From the NCBI GenBank assembly GCA_051294375.1, contig CM119267.1, positions 23,796,377 to 23,860,376 of the forward strand: 64,000 nt of DNA. The letters are read 5' to 3'. Every line of letters starts with the position of its first letter. Position 1 is the stretch's first letter. Of this stretch, positions 53,390-64,000 are shown piece after piece. The position numbers and the translations under genes are program-made. Source of the stretch: Paraspadella gotoi (taxonomy: Eukaryota; Animalia; Chaetognatha). Under the pieces are notes generated by a model. The model had not been told where the DNA came from and did no database searches. It worked only from the letters and a program-made list of their open reading frames with translations.

Positions 53390-54990
53390 ATTATGTTGGG
53401 TAACCTTGGTAACGAGGCCTTCGCTTTGGATTCTGAAAGTATTATGGTTCTAACGGCCTGCTAATTTTTTTTTTTGAAAATGCCTAAAGGCTAAACGTTC
53501 GACTTCCCGCGTCAGTAGTTTTTTTAAAAATTTAAGCATATTATTACAAGTAGTGCAATAGTTATTAAACCTACTAAATTGTGTACTTAAAATAAGAGAA
53601 ATTTAAAATAAAAAAGACATTATAAATTTCTTGACTAGTCTTTTACAACCCAAGCTGCATATACGGGTCTGGTCATGCTTTGGTAAAACTTTGGGTAAAG
53701 AGGCCTTGCGCTTTGATTATGGAAGGGTTGCCTGGTTCTAACGACGCTGGGGGTGAACGTTTTTATTTTTACTAATGCCAAAAAAAGCTGACGTTCGATC
53801 TCCCGATTGGTATGTATTTTTAAAAAAATTCAAAGCAAAAAAAATATATAAATATATAATATTGATATTATAAGAAGTAGGGTGCCAATAGACTACTAAA
53901 CCATAATAAATTGTATACGCAGAAAAAAAATTATGATAGTATTAGGATTCTCCTTTACGCCTTTCTTAATAAAATCTTCATTCAAATTATAAAACTTTAA
54001 AAAAACTAAAGAAACCCAATAGTTCACTTTTTCATATTAGCTGGTTCTGTATTGTTTTGATGCTGACGTTTTTTGTCTTTCGAATAATATAGTCAAAAAT
54101 ACGGCGCCAAAAATATTCTAAAAAACTATTAAAATAGTTTCTCTTTCTAACCAACTAAAAACTTTCATGGATGAAATGCAACTGTACCATTCATTACTAG
54201 CCAATAAAAACTATATTTGTTCGGTAACTTGGTAACAAGCCTTCTTCTGGAATTGAAAACATGCAAGCGGAGCTGGTTCCAAACCCTGTGAACCGTTCTC
54301 ATCTTGTTTTTTTATGCCAAAAGCTTGACCGTTCGATCCCCGTCACTAATATATTTTTTAAAATTTAAAGACGGCGCAGAAAAAAATATATATAAAATTA
54401 CATAAATGATAAGTATTACTTAAGACAGCTAGGCGGGCAATAATTACTTAACGCCTAATCAACTTGTATACCAGAAATAGAAATTATGGTAGCCATTCAT
54501 GATCATCTGCCTTTACACCTTTCTAATAAATCATCATTCAAAATATTAAAACTATTAAAAAAACTAATAAATCCACCAAATGGTATCCACTTTTTATAGT
54601 GTTATGGTTACTCCATTTTGATGCTGACGTGTTTGTCTTTCGTATAATGTCAAATAGGCGCCAAAAATAGTCTAGCACTATTAAAATAGTTTTCCCTTTT
54701 TTTTTCATAAAACTTCAAAACTAAATTTGAAATCATCATTCAAATATAAAAACTTTAAAAAAACTAAAAATCCGCAAATTGATTATCACTTTTATATAGG
54801 TGTTTTGTATTTCATTTTTGATGCGGACGTTTTAGGTTCTTTCAGAATATATTGTCAAAAATAGGGCGCCAAAAAAGATATTCTAAAAACTATTAAAATA
54901 GGGTTTCTCTTCTCATTACCAAACTCCAAAAGCTTTAAATGGAGTGGATCAAAAATTGTACTTATTTTCTAACCAAATAAAAACTATGCG
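53390..54990. repeat. Degenerate compound tandem repeat of two modules, each present about 3 times
   Basis: Module A (tggtaa.gaggcctt...gttc...atgcc.aaag..cgttcga) at ~53405, 53690 and 54228. Module B (aaatc.tcattcaaa...aaaaaactaa...tgatgc.gacgt...ggcgccaaaaa...ctattaaaatag) at ~53972, 54528 and 54730. Confidence 0.75.
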
Positions 54991-55799
54991 GTCACTCAGT
55001 ATGGCAAAATTTCGACCAATAGGAAAGGTGCTCGGTCACACTGGCTGGGTCGCAGCACGGTCACAGAAATGTCGATCAAAAAAGTGACATGTCGGCAAGC
55101 GTGTCACAGTCGGTCAACGATATATATTTATACAGAAGGAAGATTTGGTGTGAGCCGGTCACGATGGAAGGAAGATATTCTGTGTGACCATGTCACTCAC
55201 GGTCACAGCTTTCCAGCCAATCAGAGTTCGCGCGACAAAGGAAGAAAATTAATGATTCATGGTCCTTTCTTTGCTATTCTTTGTCTTTTTCTTATCCTTT
55301 TTCTTTCTTTCTTTTTGTTTGCTTGTCTTTATTTCTTCGTCTTTCTTTCTTTCTTTCTCGGGGGTGTCGTGCACGCATCTCTTCTTTGCTAACTTTTCCC
55401 CTTCGCTCTCTCTCTCTCTTGGCGCCCGTTGTATATGCCGAAATTTGTGCTCTCTCTCCGCCTCTTAGGTCTTCCTCTCTCTCCCTTTCTGCCTCTCTCT
55501 CTCGTGCTCGTCTCATCTTTCTCGTCCTCTCCTCTCGGTCTGACTGGTGTCCTCATCTCATCTCATCTTCCCTTCTCTCCATCTCCTCTCTCTCTCTCTC
55601 GTCTCTCTCTGGCTCTCTCTCTCGTCTCTTTCCCTCTCCATATTTTGCTTCCCCAGAAAGAAAGAAAGAAAGAAAGAAAGAAAAAAGAAAGAAAAGAAAG
55701 AATTAAAGAAAGAAAGAAAAACTCCAAAAAATCGAAACAAAGATTAAAACAAAAACACAAAATTGACATGAAACCTTTTAACCCCAATTTTCTGTGCAG

Positions 55800-56045
55800 G
55801 AATCGAACCCACGACCTCCCAGCCTCATCCGTCCTCGTCCCAGGCCGGACCGGGCGACCCCATACCGGGCACCCACCTGGGCACCCACCCGAACACCTCG
55901 TCGGGCAACCACCCTCCATCCCTAGATCCGCCCGACATGGTCAACTTCGGCCCGCCCTTCAATCACGCCAACCAGATCCCTTGCTCTCTGGCGGCGGGAG
56001 AAGGAGTCGCGGGGGAACTTACCTCGGCTCTCGTCAATCTGGCGG
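55800..56045 (+). CDS. Coding exon, phase 1 to 1: GIEPTTSQPHPSSSQAGPGDPIPGTH...DMVNFGPPFNHANQIPCSLAAGEGVAGELTSALVNLA
   Basis: ttttctgtgcag| 246 nt |gtgagt; GC-rich and stop-free in the phase set by the 50910 donor. Confidence 0.75.
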
Positions 56046-56570
56046 GTGAGTTGATGGCGATTGATTGAAGGAATGATGATTGATAATGATGGTGATGATT
56101 GCTTGATTGATGATGATAATGATGATTAACGGTGATCGATCTTGATGAGTGATTGATGATTGATCAATGAGGATAATTGATTATGATGATTGATGATTAG
56201 TGGCGATGATGATGAAGATGATGATAAGGATTGACGATGAGTGATGAGAATAATAATGATTGTGTTGATGATATTGATTGATAATGATAGTGATAGTGAC
56301 GATGATGTTAATAATGACTGACTGACTGACTGATGAATGACGACGACGATGTTGAGAATAAAACTAATTATTATTTTGATTCTTATGATTCTTATGATAA
56401 TGACGATGATAATTATCGGTAATGAACATGACTGATACCGATGACGATGACGATGCTCATGATATAATATATAGTATACTGATGATCGATGATGATTAAC
56501 GATAATAGCGATAATATTAATGATGATGACGATGATAATGATATCTCTTCCCCTCCCGCCGAAACCAAAG

Positions 56571-56648
56571 GCTGCTCAGGCGACGACGCCTCGTCGCTCG
56601 GAGTCAACCAAGTCGCACCCAATATCGCCTCAATACAACCCAGTCAAG
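56571..56648 (+). CDS. Candidate coding exon, phase 1 to 1: GCSGDDASSLGVNQVAPNIASIQPSQ
   Basis: ccaaag| 78 nt |gttgtt; a complex island between (GAT)n and (GTT)n tracts. Splice sites are weak. Confidence 0.55.
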
Positions 56649-57673
56649 GTTGTTGTTGTTGTTGTTCTTGGTTTTGTTCTTGTTCTTGGTTTTGTAGTTT
56701 TTGCTGTTTTTGTTGTTGTTATTTTTGTTGTATTTGTCGTTGTTGTTGTTGTTTTTTTTGTTTTTTAATGCTATTTCATTGTCGATGTCGTTGTTGCTGC
56801 TGTTGTTGTCGTCGTCGTCTTGTTGTTTGTTTCGTTGTTGTTATTTGTTTTGTTGTTGTTGTTTGTTTTGTTTTCGTCGTCGTCGGTTTTGTTGTCTATT
56901 TCCCCCTCAAATCTCAAACGCCCACCCTCCCATTCCACCCCTTCGGCAAAGAAAACCACCGGTTGAAACCTCGCTACAGCTTCGTTCTTAATCGGAAGAA
57001 CACCGATACAGATAGGTGAAGAGGTGGAGTAAAGAGGAAAACGGGGTGAGGGAGAAGAGGGGGGGAGGATGGAGTTCGGGGTAGGAAAGAGGAGAACGGG
57101 GTGTGGGAGAAGAGAGGGAGAGCATGAAGAACGGGGTAGGAAAGAGGAGAACGGGGTGGTAAGACGGGGTGAGGGAAAAGAGGATAATGGGATGGAAGAA
57201 GAGGGGAAGATAATGGAGAAAAAAGAGGAGGAAAGGATGATNNNNNNNNNNNNNNNNNNNNNNNNNNNNNNNNNNNNNNNNNNNNNNNNNNNNNNNNNNN
57301 NNNNNNNNNNNNNNNNNNNNNNNNNNNNNNNNNNNNNNNNNNNNNNNNNNNNNNNNNNNNNNNNNNNNNNNNNNNNTAACTAGATTAAGATGGGATAGAA
57401 AGAGGAGAACGAAAAGGAAATGAGGAAGGAAAAAGGGAAGAACGAGGAGGAACAAAGAGGAGAACTGGATGGTTTTTGGCGAGGAGAAAAGCAAAACGGG
57501 ATGGAGAACGCTTGAGTAAAAAGGAGAACGCAATTCGGTTCAGAAAAAGAATAGAATGGGATGAAGGAGAACGCAATTGAGATGGGAGAATGGATGATAT
57601 TTTTTTTTCGTCACTTACACTTTTCCGCTTTTTCTTAACCCAACCACACCCCCCCCAAAAAAAAACCCAATAG

Positions 57674-57853
57674 ATCGTACCCGTCAGGGTCAGCCACTCT
57701 ACCAAGAGAGACCCTCGGCCGTGGCCTACAGCCTCCCTCGTCAGACCACTGCCAAACTAGTTCACTGTTCGCCCCTGAAAAAAGATCAAAGCCTCAAGGG
57801 ATTTTACACGACAGGCGTCAGCACTGGTATCAGCGGAACTCCGGGCTACGCGG
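57674..57853 (+). CDS. Coding exon: DRTRQGQPLYQERPSAVAYSLPRQTTAKLVHCSPLK...
   Basis: cccaatag| 180 nt |gtgaga; open in phase 1. Joining to the next exon needs a 1-nt correction, for example in the A6 run at 57778-57783. Confidence 0.65.
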
Positions 57854-58053
57854 GTGAGAAAAACAAAGTAGCAATGTGAGAGTTTATTTTTTTCGATGTT
57901 TGGTTATGAAATAAATAATAATTATTAATGAAGTCACCCAACTCAAACAGTCCTTCACATTGTCTTCTTCCCACGTTTAAGTTTTCAATATAAATCGAAC
58001 TGTAATAAATCAAGTAAATTTAATTAAAATATAATTAATTATTTTCCCGCCAG

Positions 58054-58171
58054 GAGCTGAGTTCGGTACAGAAAAAAGGGATCAACGAAAACGAAAAAAG
58101 ACAGCTGAAGATTGAGCAGGCGACTTTCGTTGGAGATGCCCGCACGGAGATCTCCACCGACTTCGGCAACG
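58054..58171 (+). CDS. Coding exon, phase 0 to 1: ELSSVQKKGINENEKRQLKIEQATFVGDARTEISTDFGN
   Basis: ttttcccgccag| 118 nt |gtgagg. Read-through of the donor gives ...LMKAFEK* ending at 58230. Confidence 0.65.
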
Positions 58172-58558
58172 GTGAGGAAAGCAATACCAAGCAAAGAACC
58201 AATCAGTTGATGAAGGCGTTTGAAAAATGAGTTCAAGCGATTGAACCGAGAATGATTGAATCCACTCCGTCTTGTCAAAATTTTTTTTTAAAGCTTAACT
58301 TTCTAAATTTTATGTCAAGTTTAATCCTAAATTTGGAGTCTTTTAATGTCATTTTCTGTGAGATTTAATTATCAATGCTTTTTTATGCTTAAAAGTAAAT
58401 TTTTCAGATTAATGAGCTTGGTTTTTAGTTCTTGATGCTTTATTTACGTTAATATAATTCCAACGTTTTAAACTGTTCATTTCAACTCAATGTTAATTCA
58501 AATTTAAAACGAATAAAATTCTTTACACAAAATTCCATCAAACCAATAAAAACAAAAG

Positions 58559-58708
58559 GCGGTGGTCAGGCGAAAGAGTCACCTCCCCAATTTTGGGGTT
58601 ACGGGAGTTTGGCGGGAAACTGCGGCCTACCCAGCGCCGCCTCCGCCGCCACCGCCGCCGCAGTCGCCGCTGAATCAGGCATGGTATCCACCAGATCAGG
58701 ATTTTTTG
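58559..58708 (+). CDS. Candidate coding exon, phase 1 to 1: GGGQAKESPPQFWGYGSLAGNCGLPSAASAATAAAVAAESGMVSTRSGFF
   Basis: caaaag| 150 nt |gtaatt; GC-rich island in AT-rich flanks, length a multiple of 3. Confidence 0.6.
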
Positions 58709-59085
58709 GTAATTCGAGATAATTTTCTTTTATTAAAGAGAAATGTTATTCTGATATTATTCTAGTGTTAGAATTAACACCAAAAAAATATCTACATACA
58801 TGTTTTTAACATATTTATATATTTTGAGACGTCTAACACCGATTGTTATATAAACCTTTTCGGACGGTAGATGGGATAGAAAAATAAAAATATCCAACGA
58901 TGCGATGTAAAGAGTTAGCATGCCAAGTGGTAGACTTCGAATTTAAATGATAAAAGTCATATAAATTTAACGGTAGAGTAGAATTATATAATGAAAGGGG
59001 AAAGATCAGAGTCAATTATTGTTTATAAATATTGCTGAGAAATAGTTAATTGAAAGTAAACTTATTATTTAACGAATTATTTAGT

Positions 59086-59146
<61 letters not shown>

Positions 59147-59248
59147 GTTCGGAACGAGGCTCGGATCAACTCATCAGAGAGAAGCACGGATGCTGCAGCC
59201 TCAAACTCGCGGTCTTCTTCCTTTTCTGTCTCTGCATAGCGTTGCTTG
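59147..59248 (+). CDS. Coding exon, phase 1 to 1, with a hydrophobic (TM-like) segment: GSERGSDQLIREKHGCCSLKLAVFFLFCLCIALL
   Basis: (ct)n cag| 102 nt |gtaagt, with consensus splice sites. Confidence 0.72.
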
Positions 59249-59835
59249 GTAAGTCCTTGTTTTTTTTTCGTTGCTTGGTAGGTCGCCCTTTGCCGTCGTC
59301 GTTGTTGTTTCATTAGTCACCCCCCACCCGTCGATGTATTTATTAGTTTACATTTGTGCTTGTCGTTATAAGGTTAATACCATATCCAATTCCACTGAAA
59401 TAGATTTTCTTCTTTCTTTCTAACTCCTTTACCTCTTATCCCCGCTCCACTCCTCTCTACTCCACTCCTCTCTCCCCCTCATCCTTGCTTCCTCCTTCCC
59501 TTCCCATCTCTCTTCTCCTTCCCTCTTTCCTTCTTCTCCCCTTCCTTCTCTCCCTCTCCCTCGCCCTCTCTCCCTTCTCCTTAGCTTCCTCCCTTTTCCT
59601 CCCCTCCTTTCCCTTCCTCTTACCCTCCTCTCTCCTTCCCTTCTTCCTCCTCCCTCCCCTCTTCTCCCTCCTCTCTATCCCTGTTCCTCCTTCCCTTCTC
59701 CCTCCTCTTCCTCTCCCCTATCCCTCCTCTCTCCTTACCCTCTCTTCCTCTCCTCCCTCTCTCCCTCTCTCCCTGCTTCCTCCTCCCTCCCTCCTCTCCC
59801 TCTTCCTCCTCTCCATCCCTTTACCTCCTCCACAG

Positions 59836-60018
59836 GCTTCGTCTCTTCCTGTACTCCAGCAACCACCGCATCCCACAAAGAGTTGGAGCAAACCGGCGCT
59901 CATCTTCCATCCCTGAATGGCGGCGGAGCGCAACGCCGGCGTCCATGATCGGCGGGGCCGAAATCGAACCGCGTCCGCGGCCAGCAGCGTCGCCGGACAG
60001 GGAACTATTTCGTCACGG
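59836..60018 (+). CDS. Candidate coding exon (GFV...), frame and end uncertain
   Basis: cctcctccacag| acceptor and a GC-rich island. As assembled it stops at 59948 (GFVSSC...QRRRP*). A 1-nt shift gives GFVLFLYSSNH..., open to a possible GC donor (gcaagt) at 60019. Confidence 0.5.
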
Positions 60019-62472
60019 GCAGTTGTTTTAGGGAGGAGAGGTTGTGGGTTGTTNNNNNNNNNNNNNNNNNNNNNNNNNNNNNNNNNNNNNNNNNNNNNNN
60101 NNNNNNNNNNNNNNNNNNNNNNNNNNNNNNNNNNNNNNNNNNNNNNNNNNNNNNNNNNNNNNNNNNNNNNNNNNNNNNNNNNNNNNNNNNNNNNNNNNNN
60201 NNNNNNNNNNNNNNNNNNNNNNNNNNNNNNNNNNNNNNNNNNNNNNNNNNNNNNNNNNNNNNNNNNNNNNNNNNNNNNNNNNNNNNNNNNNNNNNNNNNN
60301 NNNNNNNNNNNNNNNNNNNNNNNNNNNNNNNNNNNNNNNNNNNNNNNNNNNNNNNNNNNNNNNNNNNNNNNNNNNNNNNNNNNNNNNNNNNNNNNNNNNN
60401 NNNNNNNNNNNNNNNNNNNNNNNNNNNNNNNNNNNNNNNNNNNNNNNNNNNNNNNNNNNNNNNNNNNNNNNNNNNNNNNNNNNNNNNNNNNNNNNNNNNN
60501 TGTGGGTTGCGGAGGAAAATTCTAGGTTGTGGAGGAGCATTGGGGTTGTGAATTGGGATTTTGGGTTGTGGAGGGGAATTGTGGGTTGTGGAGAGATGTG
60601 GGCCGACGAGGGTTGTGGGTTGTAGGTTGTGGGAAATGTGGGTTAATTTTGTCATTTCTGGATGATAAATGTATGGGTTTTGTGGGTTTTAATTTGTGGC
60701 GTTGTGGTTGTGGGTGAAGTTTGAGGTTTCTTTTACTGTGTAGTTTGTTTTCGATAGTTTTGTTTTTTTATTATCATTGATTTTAATTGTAAATTTAATC
60801 AACTGAACACTTGTCCAACGTCCAACTCTTTTACCCGTTTCTTTCGTAAATATTTCAAAATAAGTTAGTTCCTTATTTCAATATTTTTGTGATGATCTGC
60901 TCCAACCTGGCCTCTCTCTCTCTCTCTCTCTCGTCTCTTCTCTCTCTCTCTCTCTCTATCATCTTCTTCTCTGTCTCTCTCTCTCTCATCTTCTTCTCTC
61001 CTTTCTCTCTCCATCTCCTCGTTTTATTTGGTATTTAAAGATGAGTCAGACTCACTAGACGTTTTATATAGTTTGTTTTTTTTCGTTTTAATTTCAAACT
61101 AAGTATGATACAAAGTTCAAACAAATTCTTTCAAGAAAAAAAAAACTAGACAAATTTATAAAACAAACAAGAAAATAGCTTCACGTATTTTTCGTTCTCT
61201 TCATCCGTGTCGACCGACAGTCAAATTTTTTCTCTCGTTTTTTTTTTTCCCCCCAATTTTCACAAAACAAACAAACAATATTCTTTCTATACCAAATAAA
61301 AAAGGAACGAAATAAGCATTTTTTTTTCGAAACAACAAAAAATGTTCCGCTCTCCGTTTTTCTTTGTTTTGTTCGTTTTCGTCGTCATCGTTGTAAGCGA
61401 TCGAGTTGATCCGACGTCGGACGTAAGGTAAGTCCGGTAAGGTAAGGTCAGCGACAGAGGCGGTTGAGAGGGGAGATTCGGGTTGGTGAGTCGCGCTGGC
61501 TTAAGAGTTGACGAAATTGAAAATTTGCGGTTTGCTTCGGTAGCATACTTGATATTTAAACGAAAAGGTTTTTTTTAAACATTGGTTTACAAACTCGACT
61601 TTTGTTCATTTCTACCAAGGAACCCGATCTCACTGGGGGCACGACTCATCCTTAGTCCGGTCGGCATCGTTGTTACTTGAAATGTTCTGAGAAAATCCTT
61701 ACGTAATTCATCACCGTGTGAGTTTTGAAGGGATAAGCTAAAGTCGACACTTCGTTAAATTAAAATGGAAAATTAAAGAGAAATGACATAATTTTACGAT
61801 GAATTTCCACGAAGAAGGGCAAATTCAATTACAAACATTATCTTGCTTTCGACAACATTTCTACCTTGTCTTTGACAAGCATTCATTTCTGTTCTATCAA
61901 AACATTTCCTCCTTGTCTTTCACAAAACATTTTCACCATTTCTTTCACGGAAATTTAAATCCATATCTTTTCGAAAAACTCCAGGTCAGGTCATGTTATT
62001 CTTTTCTCTTATCTTTAATTTCATTTTTAAAACATTTTCTATTCCAAGATTAAAAGTCGTTTTCTCTTCCCAGGAACAATTGCCTCCAGCAAAGTTCAGT
62101 CGCGTCTTTGCCGACTGCTTATGCATCTGTTCTTGAGAAATTCAGAAGTAGGCGGGAAAAAAATCGCAAAACTTACTTTTTCAGGCGAAGCTTTGAATTA
62201 TTTAAAAAATAATGGTTATTGATTTAAGTAATTTATATAATTTTTATCTGGGTTTTTTATTTATTAATTATTTATATAACTTTTTAAGGCTCTTGTTGGT
62301 AAAGCGTATGCAATAAAAAAAATATGATCCAGATTGTGTTCAATCATTATTATTATTATTATTGTTATTTATATTTTGCCCAAATCCCAATTTAGCTTAT
62401 AGAGTACATTCAATATTGATTACAAACGATAAACAAACACCAACCAAGTAAAAAAACTTGAATATTACAATC

Positions 62473-62822
62473 ATGAATTCTCGCGCTTTGCCTTTCGTCG
62501 TTTTCGTCGTCGTCGTCGTCGTCGTTCGAGGCGACAAAAACGACGCCGCCGACGCCGGTCACGAAGGCAACTTCGTACCCACGAACTGGCGCGGCCCGGA
62601 GCGATTTCGACCCCGTCCTCGGATCGACAACGCCCTCCTCACGACTCGGCCTCCTTGGCGCCGCATTCCGTCCGGCTGGCTCAGCGTCTTCAAGAGTTTG
62701 CCGGCCCGGGTCCACAGAGCGGACCCGAGCGGCGCGGAGGAAAATATCAACGATGCGCATCAGATGTGGAATTTCTTTTTTCTCGTTTGTGACGGAATGC
62801 ATACAACGCCGATCCAATCTTG
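62473..62822 (+). CDS. Exon 1 of a predicted secreted precursor protein (signal peptide, pro-region, RVHR site)
   Basis: ATG at 62473; MNSRALPFVVFVVVVVVVRG is signal-like; GC-rich coding island; donor TCTTG|gttaga in phase 2. Confidence 0.7.
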
Positions 62823-63222
62823 GTTAGATTTGGCCTGGTTGTATTTGTTTGTTTTTGTTTGTTTTTTTTTCTTTTTGTTATATTTAATCTTTTTTTTTCC
62901 TCGTTTTGTGTTGTTTTTGTTTTCTATTTTTGTTATTAATGTTTTCGTTGTTGTTGCTTAGTTTTTTGGTTCGTCTTGTTGTCGTTTTTGTTTTTGTTGT
63001 TGTTGTTTTTGGGTTGTTTTTCTTTTTTCTCTCTCTTTTCCGAGAGTGCCCCTTTTTTATTTTTTTATCCCCAAATTTAATTTTAACTTTAATATTTGAT
63101 GTAAGGTTATTCTTAAACTAATAAACCAATCAAAAACTAGAACTTTAATTGTTTTAATTTGTTATAACCCTTATTTTAATTCGTTTGTCTTTCCCCCCTT
63201 TTTAATTTTCTCATATTTCCAG

Positions 63223-63286
63223 GGCTGAATGCGTCAACAGATTGCAAAGGGCAAGTTCGGTCTTGGACAATTGTCGTTGCCTCTGA
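63223..63286 (+). CDS. Terminal exon 2 of the predicted secreted precursor: (W)AECVNRLQRASSVLDNCRCL*
   Basis: Long pyrimidine tract ending tcatatttccag|G completes the TGG codon in phase 2; stop at 63284-63286; AATAAA at ~63463 and ~63530. Confidence 0.7.
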
Positions 63287-63326
63287 TCCTGTCATCCTGT
63301 CATCCTGTCATCCTGTCATCCTGTCA
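63287..63326. repeat. 8-bp tandem repeat (tcctgtca) x5 immediately after the stop codon
   Basis: Directly visible. Confidence 0.9.
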
Positions 63327-63660
63327 ACATCGCTACGATGACACAAATGACAATCAGTTTACATAGTGCTCGTATGGAGAGGGCGCTTACAAATCTCGAT
63401 GTTTCCTACTATACTATATAGTTTAACTTAATTTGAACATATTTTGAACTTCTTTTTTTATTAATAAATTTTACGTTTTGTAATTTTTTACGAATCAATT
63501 CAAATGAATCATTTTGCGAAGGTTTAATCAATAAAAACTTGTTTTAAGTTGTTTTTTTTNNNNNNNNNNNNNNNNNNNNNNNNNNNNNNNNNNNNNNNNN
63601 NNNNNNNNNNNNNNNNNNNNNNNNNNNNNNNNNNNNNNNNNNNNNNNNNNNNNNNNNNNN

Positions 63661-64000
63661 CGTTGTTACTTGAAATGTTCTGAGAAAATCCTTACGTAAT
63701 TCATCACCGTGTGAGTTTTGAAGGGATAAGCTAAAGTCGACACTTCGTTAAATTAAAATGGAAAATTAAAGAGAAATGACATAATTTTACGATGAATTTC
63801 CACGAAGAAGGGCAAATTCAATTACAAACATTATCTTGCTTTCGACAACATTTCTACCTTGTCTTTGACAAGCATTCATTTCTGTTCTATCAAAACATTT
63901 CCTCCTTGTCTTTCACAAAACATTTTCACCATTTCTTTCACGGAAATTTAAATCCATATCTTTTCGAAAAACTCCAGGTCAGGTCATGTTATTCTTTTCT
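63661..64000 (+). repeat. Apparently exact copy of 61668-62007, following a ~100-N gap
   Basis: cgttgttacttgaaatgttctgagaaaatcc...gtcatgttattcttttct appears identical in both places. Confidence 0.95.

Noticed and set aside
56650-56890. Cys-rich metallothionein- or keratin-associated-like ORF (56489-57019)
   Set aside because: The Cys runs come from a (TGT/GTT)n microsatellite downstream of the candidate donor at 56648.

Overview
Eukaryotic genomic DNA, probably from an invertebrate animal (inferred from spliceosomal introns, dense (AG)n/(GTC)n/(GATA)n microsatellites and DINE-1/HINE-like repeats). The assembly is gappy and noisy, with many N runs and homopolymer indels between duplicated copies. 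No rRNA, tRNA, CRISPR or prokaryotic features are seen, and most of the supplied ORFs are microsatellite or N-gap artefacts. Supported content: (1) a frameshifted Ty3/Gypsy-like pol (protease DTG, RT FVDD, RNase H DAS) at about 0.3-3.0 kb; (2) a ~6.1-kb tandem duplication (5.7-17.8 kb); (3) a large inverted duplication around 31-43 kb containing a ~550-bp palindromic element and a ~60-bp minisatellite; (4) a + strand multi-exon gene missed by the ORF track (about 45.4/50.5-60.0 kb), with largely phase-compatible exons encoding a Tyr-motif-rich low-complexity region followed by a hydrophobic segment; (5) a compact two-exon gene (62473-63286) encoding a 137-aa predicted secreted precursor with an RxxR site and a 4-Cys C-terminal peptide. 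All gene models were built by hand from splice signals and reading phase; no homology search was possible.
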